A stretch of DNA of 64,000 nt from Gemmatimonadales bacterium. Its GTDB lineage: Bacteria > Gemmatimonadota > Gemmatimonadetes > Gemmatimonadales > GWC2-71-9. Positions 57,620 to 64,000 of the stretch are shown in pieces. Under the pieces are notes generated by a model. That model saw only the letters and a list, made by a program, of their open reading frames with translations, was not told the origin of the DNA and searched no databases. Every line of letters starts with the position of its first letter. Position 1 is the first letter of the stretch. The DNA is taken from the NCBI GenBank assembly GCA_035637435.1, contig DASPXD010000149.1, positions 26,018 through 90,017 of the forward strand. The letters run 5' to 3'. The position numbers and the translations under genes are program-made.

Positions 57620-58137
57620 CGATCTCGCGTCGCGACATGATTCAGGCGACAGCGGCGGCCATGGCGCTGCCGGCGCTGGCCAAGGTCCAAAGCCCCAGCC
57701 CCCAGCCCCTGTTCTTCACGCCAGCGGAATTCGCGCTGGTGGACGAGATGAGCGACATGATCATACCGACCGACGCGCAGTCGGGCGGCGCGCGCGCCGC
57801 GGGCTGCGCCGCGTATATCGACGCGCGACTCGCCGAGGCGTTCGAGAAGGACGAGCCGCAGCGCTGGCGCGCGGGGATCCAGGCGGCGGAAGCGCTGTCG
57901 CAGGAGATGCACGCCACGACATTCATGGCGTCGACGCCCGAGCAGAGGCTGGCGCTGCTCACGCGCATCGCCGCCGCCGAAAACGATCCCAAGACCGATG
58001 CCGAGAAATTCTTCCGCCAGATCAAGAGTGCGACGATCCGGGCGTATTACACCTCGAAGACCGGCATCCACGACGACCAGCGGTACAAAGGCAACGTGAT
58101 TCAGCCGGGGGAGTACGCGGGCTACGATGCCACATGA
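57616..58137 (+). CDS. Gluconate 2-dehydrogenase subunit 3-family small subunit with TAT signal
   Basis: Twin-arginine signal SRRDMIQATAAAMALPALA. Its ATG overlaps the GMC stop (ATGA). Confidence 0.7.
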   Translation: MTISRRDMIQATAAAMALPALAKVQSPSPQPLFFTPAEFALVDEMSDMIIPTDAQSGGARAAGCAAYIDARLAEAFEKDEPQRWRAGIQAAEALSQEMHATTFMASTPEQRLALLTRIAAAENDPKTDAEKFFRQIKSATIRAYYTSKTGIHDDQRYKGNVIQPGEYAGYDAT

Positions 58138-58684
58138 GGCAACCGAGCTCGACACGCCACGGCTCACCCTGATCGCGTCCACGGCCGAGCAACTGCTCGC
58201 GCTGATCGAGCATCCGGAGCAATTCGAGGACGTCGCCGCCCTGACCCCCGCGGATGGACTGCGGGGGTTTTACGTATCGGGCGAGGTGTCGCCCCGCTGG
58301 CTCGCGGCGCTGCGCAGCTCGGCCGGGGGCACCAACCCCTGGAGCCACGGCTTCTGGGTGGTCGAGAAGAGCACGGGCGAGATCGTCGGGGCTGCCGGGT
58401 TCAAAGGCGGTCCCGATGCGGAGGGCATGGTGGAGATCGCCTACGGCATCGTGCCGTCTCGCGAGCGTCGGGGATACGCTACCGAAGCGGCGCGCGCGTT
58501 GATTCACTTCGCCGCAAACGACGCACGCGTGCGACTGATCCGCGCGCACACGCTCCCCGAGTCCAACGCGTCGACCCGCGTGCTGCAGAAATGCGGTTTC
58601 GTGCAGATCGGTGAGGTCACGGACCCCGAGGATGGACCGGTCTGGCGGTGGGAACGGAGCCCGCAGCATATTGGGACGCCATGA
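58127..58684 (+). CDS. GNAT-family N-acetyltransferase
   Basis: PRLTL N-terminus and RRGYATEAARALIHFA...ASTRVLQKCGF acetyl-CoA region. Confidence 0.7.
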   Translation: MPHEATELDTPRLTLIASTAEQLLALIEHPEQFEDVAALTPADGLRGFYVSGEVSPRWLAALRSSAGGTNPWSHGFWVVEKSTGEIVGAAGFKGGPDAEGMVEIAYGIVPSRERRGYATEAARALIHFAANDARVRLIRAHTLPESNASTRVLQKCGFVQIGEVTDPEDGPVWRWERSPQHIGTP

Positions 58685-59016
58685 GAGAGACCGTCATGAA
58701 CGGCACGGGGCACGCGGTGTTCGTTCCCGGTGAATGGCGCTCGCTTGCCGCGTGTCTCGGCCTGTCGCCCCGCGAGTGCGGCATCGTGCGCGCCGTATTC
58801 GACGGCAATTCGGAGAAGGACGCCGCCGCACGCCTCGGCCTGTCGCCGCACACCGTCCACACCTACCTCTGGCGCATCTACCGCAAGCTGCGCGTGCAGA
58901 GCCGCGAGGAGCTGCTCGTGCGTGTCTTTGCCGAATTCCGCGCCCTCCCCCCACTCAAACGCGCCGGCAACGGCGGAAACCGGAATCGCCAGGAGTCGCG
59001 CCGCCGCTCGATGTAG
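58681..59016 (+). CDS. LuxR/GerE-type HTH regulator (small)
   Basis: LSPRECGIVRAVFDGNSEKDAAARLGLSPHTVHTYLWRIYRKL. Its ATG overlaps the upstream stop (ATGA). Confidence 0.6.
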   Translation: MRETVMNGTGHAVFVPGEWRSLAACLGLSPRECGIVRAVFDGNSEKDAAARLGLSPHTVHTYLWRIYRKLRVQSREELLVRVFAEFRALPPLKRAGNGGNRNRQESRRRSM

Positions 59017-59122
59017 GCTGATCAGGTGACCCGGAGTAGGCGTCTTGTCGTTCTTCCCTGTAGGGACATGTTACGCCTTCGTTGCACGTTCGAGACCGTT
59101 GTGCCAACGGGGGCTGCCGTCT

Positions 59123-60022
59123 ATGCATCTACCACGAGCGATCGCCATCGCCGGCTGGGTGACGTTCACCAGCGCGTCGCTCGTGTCTGCCCAAACCGCT
59201 ACGCCTAGAACTGCCGCAGTTTCCCTGATCATCCGCACCGACGACATCGGCATGAGCCACAGCGTCAACATGGCGATGCAGAAACTCGTGTCGACCGGCA
59301 TGCCGGTTTCGGTGTCGGTGTTGTTCGTCTGCCCGTGGTATCAGGAAGCCGTGGAGATTCTGAAACAACATCCCACCGTCGCCGTCGGCATCCATCTGGC
59401 GTTGAATTCGGAGTGGAAGAACTATCGCTGGGGTCCCGTCACCGGGAGTGCAGCCGTTCCGTCGCTGGTCGATGCGAACGGCTTTTTCTTTCCCTCCTCC
59501 GAAGCGCTGCACCAGCACAACCCCAGCGTGGCCGAAGTCGAAAAGGAGCTGCGCGCACAGATCGACCGCGCGCTCCGCTCCGGTGTGAAGATCGATTACG
59601 TCGATTTTCACATGGGCACGGTGACGCGCTATCCGGAATTCCGCGAAGTCGCCGAGCGCCTCGCGAAGGAATACGGGCTCGGGATGTCGGGCTATTTCGG
59701 GGAGGCGATGGACGCGCCGCAGTATGCCGCGGCGCCGGACAAGAAGGCAGACAGTCTGGTCGCGTTCATCAGTCGGTTGAACCCCGGCCTGAACGCGGTG
59801 GTGACGCACGTCGGCATTGATGACGCGGAGCTGGGGGCGCTGCTCGACATGAACACCGACGAGCCGCTCGCCGACATGAGCAAGAACCGTCAGGGTGAGC
59901 TGACGGCGTTGACGTCGCAGCGGTTCAGCGCGGCCCTCAAGGGGCGCAACGTAGTCCTGCTGACGTATCGAGACGTGATTGCCCGGGAAGGTTTGCAGTC
60001 CATGCGGAGACCCGTGGAATGA
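59123..60022 (+). CDS. ChbG/YdjC-family carbohydrate deacetylase, secreted
   Basis: Signal peptide then IIRTDDIGMSHSVN and VGIHLAL motifs. Start set at ATG 59123. Confidence 0.7.
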   Translation: MHLPRAIAIAGWVTFTSASLVSAQTATPRTAAVSLIIRTDDIGMSHSVNMAMQKLVSTGMPVSVSVLFVCPWYQEAVEILKQHPTVAVGIHLALNSEWKNYRWGPVTGSAAVPSLVDANGFFFPSSEALHQHNPSVAEVEKELRAQIDRALRSGVKIDYVDFHMGTVTRYPEFREVAERLAKEYGLGMSGYFGEAMDAPQYAAAPDKKADSLVAFISRLNPGLNAVVTHVGIDDAELGALLDMNTDEPLADMSKNRQGELTALTSQRFSAALKGRNVVLLTYRDVIAREGLQSMRRPVE

Positions 60023-60039
60023 AGGAGGCGGAGGGCTTC

Positions 60040-63000
60040 ATGGAAAAGAAAATCATTCGTGCTTTCGCGGCATTTGGTTTGGGGCTCGTGTTCGCGGCGA
60101 CGCTGTGCGGCACGGCCCTGGCGCAGGAGGCGCAAGTCTCCGGCACCGTCACCTCATCTACCGGCGAGCGGCTCCCCGGCGTCACGGTGCAGGTGCGTGG
60201 GTCGACGACCACCACCACCACCGATGCGCAGGGGCGCTATAGCATCGCGGCGCCCAACGACGGCGTGCTGCTGTTCGCGCTGATCGGCTACAGGGGGGCG
60301 GCGCGGACGATCGGGGGCCGGAACAACATCGACGTCGTGATCGAATCGGCCATCGCGGTCCTGGACCCGGTCATCGTGACGGGCTATACCGCCCAGCGGC
60401 GCGCCGACATTACCGGCGCCGTGGGCAGCGTGAACGTCGAGGCCGCGGAGCAGCAGACGTCGACCAGCGTGCTCCAGCGCCTCGATGGCCGCGTACCCGG
60501 TGTCACCGTCGAGAACAGCGGCTCGCCCGGTTCGCGCACTACCGTGCGCATCCGGGGCGTGAGCTCGTTCCAGAACAATGATCCGCTGTACATCGTGGAC
60601 GGCACCCCGGTGCAGGACACGTACCTGAACTGGCTGAATCCAAACGAAATCGGGTCCATCCAGGTCCTGAAGGACGCCTCGGCGGCGTCGATTTACGGCT
60701 CGCGCGCGAGTAACGGCGTGGTCATCATCGAGACCAAGAAGGGCCGGCCCGGACAGCGATCGGTCACGTTGGACGTCAGAACCGGCATCGCCACGCCCTA
60801 CCGCGGCATGGATGACATTCTCGAGCTGAACTCGCTCAACTACTTCCAGGTCGTGAAGGCGGCATATCGGAACGCCGGACTCGGTGTCCCCAGGAACATC
60901 TACGGCAACGACTCCCTCGGGAACAATCCGAGCGTTCCGCCCTACATCTGGCCGAACGACTGCGGACCGGCCGGCGCGAACGCGGTGTGCACGAACGTGA
61001 ACGAGGGCACCTATAAGTACCCGGATAACCTCATCATGCCGGGCAGCGCCGGGACGAACTGGTGGAAGTCGGTCTTCGGCTCCGGCCAGTTCCGCGACGC
61101 GAACCTGGCGCTCTCGGGCGGCAGCGACGACAACGCCTACCACGTGTCGTTCAACTTCCTGGATCAGGAAGGCACCGCGGCATTCAACCGCCTGCAGCGC
61201 GGCGGCGTGCGCGTCAACACCACGTTCAACGTGGGGCGGACGCAGATCGGCGAGAACGTGTCGGTGTCGCGCGAGCAGCACTACGGCGGACTGGACGACG
61301 ATGCCATCGGCGAAAACAACATCATCGGCAAGAACATCATGCAGCAGCCGGTGGTCCCGGTGCACGACGTCGCCGGCTACTTCGCCTCCGGCAAGGCGGT
61401 GGGGCTGAGCAACTTGACGAACCCGCTCAAGATCGCCGACGCCGGCAAGAACGACCGGGCCACCAATGACAGGATCTTCGGGAACGTCTTCGCAGGGTAT
61501 GATGCGACCCGTGCCCTGTCGCTGAAGACCCGGTTCGGCTTCAACCTGGGCCAGGGGTCCTTCCACGGATACAACGCGACCACGCCGGAGAACTCGGAAG
61601 TCACGGACGTGAACGGGATCAATGAGAACTACAACCTGTTCACCGAGTGGACGTGGAGCAACACGCTGAACTGGACGCGGACGGTGAGCCAGCACAACCT
61701 GGCGGTGCTGCTTGGCCAGGAGGCGAGCAGGAACACCAACCGCTTCGAGGCCGGCAGCTGCGCGAAGCTGCTCAACACGAGCGTCGATTCGCGCTACATC
61801 CAGGATGCGCTCTGCGATCCGACCACCAAGAACGTCACGAGCAACGGCGGGCGGTCCGCCCTGTTGTCGCTCTTCGGCAAGGCCGACTACAACTACGGCG
61901 AACGCTACTATCTGAGCTTCACGGTGCGGCGCGACGGGTCGTCGCGCTTCGCGACCGAAAACCGCTGGGGCACGTTTCCGGCGGTCGGCGCAGGCTGGCG
62001 GCTCTCCCGGGAATCGTTCTTCCCGAAAGGCACCTTCTCGAACGCGATGCTGCGGTTCGGATATGGCGTGACGGGGAACCAGCAGATTCCGTCGGGACGG
62101 ATCGTCAGCCAGTTCGGCGGCGACCGCGGCGACACGTTCTACGACATCGGCGGCACGAGCACGACCATCCGGCCGGGCTTCAAGCAGACCGCCATCGGGA
62201 ACACGCACCTCAAGTGGGAAGAGCAGCGCTCCGCCAACATCGGGCTGGACCTCGAGTTCCTGCAAGGGCGCGGGACCTTCAGCGCCGACTTCTATCGCCG
62301 CAACACGAACAACCTGTTGTTCGACCCGCGCACGCCTGCGACCGCCAGCTCCGCGTCGCCGCCGATCATCAACATCGGGAAGATGCGCAACACCGGCATA
62401 GACTTCTCGGTCGGCTATCACAACACGATCGGGACGGGGACGCTGTGGAGCGTCACGTTCAACGGCAGCCACTACCGCAACAAGATCCTCCAGATCGACG
62501 ACCTGGGGACGCAATCGTTCACCGGGCCGGTCACGCTCCGGGAGCAGAACCCGGTGATCAACATGATCGGCAGTCCGATCGGGGCGTTTTACGGTCTGCT
62601 CGCCGACGGGTACTACCGTGACTCCTTGGACGCGGCGCCGTTCTGGGCCGACGGGGCGCGCCCCGGCCGGATCAAGTTCAGGGATCTCAACGGGGACGGC
62701 ACGATCAGCGGTGAAGACCGCACGATCATCGGCAGCCCGCATCCCGACTTCATCGGCGGGCTCGATCTCGCCGTGCGTCGTGGCGCGTGGGAGGTCAGTG
62801 CCACGGTGTTCGCCACCCACGGCAACAAGATCTTCAACGCGCAGAAGTACTGGTACGTGTTCCGTTACTTCGATACCAACGTGCGGTCGGACCTCCTCGC
62901 CAATTCGGTCGTGCTGAGTGGGCCGTGCGCGCCTGGCGCAGGCAACAGCTACCCCTGCCCGGGCGTGGTGACGAATCCGGACGCCAAGTACCCGCGCATC

Positions 63001-63312
63001 GATGTGAGCGACGTGTTCAGCCGCCAGTTCTCGAGCTACTGGGTCGAGGACGGCTCGTACGTGCGGCTCCGGACGTTGCAGGTCAGCTACAACCTGCCGC
63101 CGGCGATTGTCCGCTGGATTCCGGCCGCGCGCGTGTATTTGCAGGCCGAGAATCTGTTCACGATCACGGGGTACTCAGGGCTCGATCCCGCGCTGCCGAC
63201 CTGGAGCACGTTCGGCGCGGCTGGGGACACCCGCGATCAGTTCCGCGGGGTGGACGAGGGCTCATACCCCACGAATCGCACGATCACGATCGGGATTACG
63301 ACCACATTCTAG
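60040..63312 (+). CDS. SusC/RagA-family TonB-dependent outer-membrane transporter
   Basis: Signal peptide, carboxypeptidase-regulatory-like domain (VSGTVTSSTGERLPGVTVQV), plug (NNDPLYIVDGTPV), a barrel of about 800 aa, and terminal TTTF. Confidence 0.9.
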   Translation: MEKKIIRAFAAFGLGLVFAATLCGTALAQEAQVSGTVTSSTGERLPGVTVQVRGSTTTTTTDAQGRYSIAAPNDGVLLFALIGYRGAARTIGGRNNIDVVIESAIAVLDPVIVTGYTAQRRADITGAVGSVNVEAAEQQTSTSVLQRLDGRVPGVTVENSGSPGSRTTVRIRGVSSFQNNDPLYIVDGTPVQDTYLNWLNPNEIGSIQVLKDASAASIYGSRASNGVVIIETKKGRPGQRSVTLDVRTGIATPYRGMDDILELNSLNYFQVVKAAYRNAGLGVPRNIYGNDSLGNNPSVPPYIWPNDCGPAGANAVCTNVNEGTYKYPDNLIMPGSAGTNWWKSVFGSGQFRDANLALSGGSDDNAYHVSFNFLDQEGTAAFNRLQRGGVRVNTTFNVGRTQIGENVSVSREQHYGGLDDDAIGENNIIGKNIMQQPVVPVHDVAGYFASGKAVGLSNLTNPLKIADAGKNDRATNDRIFGNVFAGYDATRALSLKTRFGFNLGQGSFHGYNATTPENSEVTDVNGINENYNLFTEWTWSNTLNWTRTVSQHNLAVLLGQEASRNTNRFEAGSCAKLLNTSVDSRYIQDALCDPTTKNVTSNGGRSALLSLFGKADYNYGERYYLSFTVRRDGSSRFATENRWGTFPAVGAGWRLSRESFFPKGTFSNAMLRFGYGVTGNQQIPSGRIVSQFGGDRGDTFYDIGGTSTTIRPGFKQTAIGNTHLKWEEQRSANIGLDLEFLQGRGTFSADFYRRNTNNLLFDPRTPATASSASPPIINIGKMRNTGIDFSVGYHNTIGTGTLWSVTFNGSHYRNKILQIDDLGTQSFTGPVTLREQNPVINMIGSPIGAFYGLLADGYYRDSLDAAPFWADGARPGRIKFRDLNGDGTISGEDRTIIGSPHPDFIGGLDLAVRRGAWEVSATVFATHGNKIFNAQKYWYVFRYFDTNVRSDLLANSVVLSGPCAPGAGNSYPCPGVVTNPDAKYPRIDVSDVFSRQFSSYWVEDGSYVRLRTLQVSYNLPPAIVRWIPAARVYLQAENLFTITGYSGLDPALPTWSTFGAAGDTRDQFRGVDEGSYPTNRTITIGITTTF

Positions 63313-63358
63313 CGACCACGTGCTAGCGACTCGTCTTTATTCAGGGGACGGACCGACG

Positions 63359-64000
63359 ATGACTATGAGAAAATGGAATCGACTGCTGTACGGGATCGCC
63401 GGAGCGCTGGTGGCCGCCGGGGTCGCGTACGCCTGCAACAACTTTCTGGATCAGCCCCCACAGGGGACTGTCGAGCAAGTGTCGCTGGAGACCAAAGCCG
63501 GCGTCGAGGGCTCGCTGATCGCCGCGTATCGCTCGCTCGATTGCAGCAGCAGCTCCGCCGGTTCGTGGGGGTGCGCCGCGAGCAACTGGGTTTGGGGCAG
63601 CATCCCCAGCGGCGACGCCCACAAGGGCTCGAACGCCGGCGACCAACAGCCCATCAACGATATCGAGATCTACGCGTGGAACGTGGGCGAGGCCGAGGGC
63701 TACCTGAATCAGAAATGGTCCCAGGTCTACGAGGGCGTGTACCGCGCGAATGCGACGATCCGTCTGCTGAATCTCGTCGTTGCGGCGAAACCCTTGGAGA
63801 TCGCCGTCGCCGACCAGAACGGCATTCGGGGTGAGGCGCTGTTCTTGCGGGCGCACTACCACTTCGAAGCCTACCGGATGTGGGCACACGTTCCTTACTA
63901 CACGGAAGCGGACTCAACGCCGGTCACGGACGGCGGCTACCGCAAGGCGAACGATCTGCCGCTCACGCAGATCATCAATAACATCATTGCGGACCTCAAT
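63359..64000 (+). CDS. SusD/RagB-family nutrient-binding lipoprotein (3-prime partial, runs off the window)
   Basis: Absent from the ORF track because it has no stop. My manual translation gives MTMRKWNRLLYGIAGALVAAGVAYAC (lipobox) ... GEALFLRAHYHFEAYRMWAHVPYY, which is typical of SusD. Confidence 0.8.
   Translation, partial: MTMRKWNRLLYGIAGALVAAGVAYACNNFLDQPPQGTVEQVSLETKAGVEGSLIAAYRSLDCSSSSAGSWGCAASNWVWGSIPSGDAHKGSNAGDQQPINDIEIYAWNVGEAEGYLNQKWSQVYEGVYRANATIRLLNLVVAAKPLEIAVADQNGIRGEALFLRAHYHFEAYRMWAHVPYYTEADSTPVTDGGYRKANDLPLTQIINNIIADLN

Noticed and set aside
60204-60222. An (ACC)x5-6 microsatellite in susC encoding a Thr run, and a (TTG)x4 run at about 56842 in the GMC gene, as phase-variation switches.
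   Set aside because: Trinucleotide units keep the frame whatever the copy number, the runs are short, and they encode plausible loop or signal residues.
60154-62820. An 888-aa ORF antisense to SusC. Similar long antisense or out-of-frame ORFs include 22011-23390, 55871-57163, 34071-35321, 12829-14025, 6935-8383 and 46486-47766.
   Set aside because: They are Arg/Ala/Gly/Asp-rich low-information translations with no motifs, and they lie opposite or out of frame to genes with clear family signatures. Long spurious ORFs are expected in DNA of about 68% GC.

Overview
High-GC (about 68%) bacterial chromosomal segment. It holds about 68 protein genes. I saw no rRNA, tRNA, CRISPR array, transposase or integrase. 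Gene content (SusC/SusD pair, PorX-like receiver-PglZ protein, TAT-exported Gfo/GMC oxidoreductases, sigma-54 two-component system) suggests an FCB-superphylum organism such as Gemmatimonadota; this is inference only. All family calls come from motifs read by eye in the supplied translations, with no database search.

Layout:
- 1-1.1 kb: FTR1-type iron permease.
- 1.05-15.95 kb: one 20-gene minus-strand housekeeping block, yebC-ruvC-ruvA-(Zn-ribbon ORF)-ruvB-queA-tgt-yajC-def-fmt-thiE-thiS-thiG-rsmB-(PASTA-only protein)-rpe-tlpA-like-ybbR-like-tsaD-lgt. Most stop and start codons overlap.
- 16.4-17.7 kb: N-terminally truncated DnaB-like ATPase plus a small ORF.
- 17.7-29.6 kb: LPS/glycan cluster with GT9, PorX-like RR-PglZ, MsbA-like ABC exporter, GT-C, three GT4, and a cytidylyltransferase plus TagF-like polyol-phosphate transferase.
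- 29.6-43.7 kb: patatin-ferredoxin fusion, orphan DppC-type permease, class V aminotransferase, tyrS, PBP1A, amidohydrolase, argR, DUF1080, Gfo/Idh/MocA, argG, argH, HNH, CYCXC protein.
- 43.7-48.7 kb: translationally coupled operon of histidine kinase, sigma-54 activator, Omp85-like outer-membrane protein and DUF4390-like protein.
- 48.8-64 kb: small enzymes and lipoproteins, then a PUL-like glycan locus (SGNH esterase, GH16, TAT TIM-barrel, TolB-like, GMC oxidoreductase plus TAT small subunit, GNAT, LuxR, ChbG-like deacetylase, SusC, partial SusD).

The most unusual sequence-level signal is at least 13 arrays of 3-5 tandem 7-, 8- or 10-nt units. Several are paired as inverted arrays that would form hairpins. 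They fill nearly every intergenic gap of the housekeeping block and also sit in-frame inside tgt, rpe, rsmB, thiE, tsaD, an amidohydrolase and the histidine kinase. The best candidate for an undescribed system is the kinase/sigma-54 activator/outer-membrane protein/DUF4390 operon. Nothing in the window looks like a known defence system.
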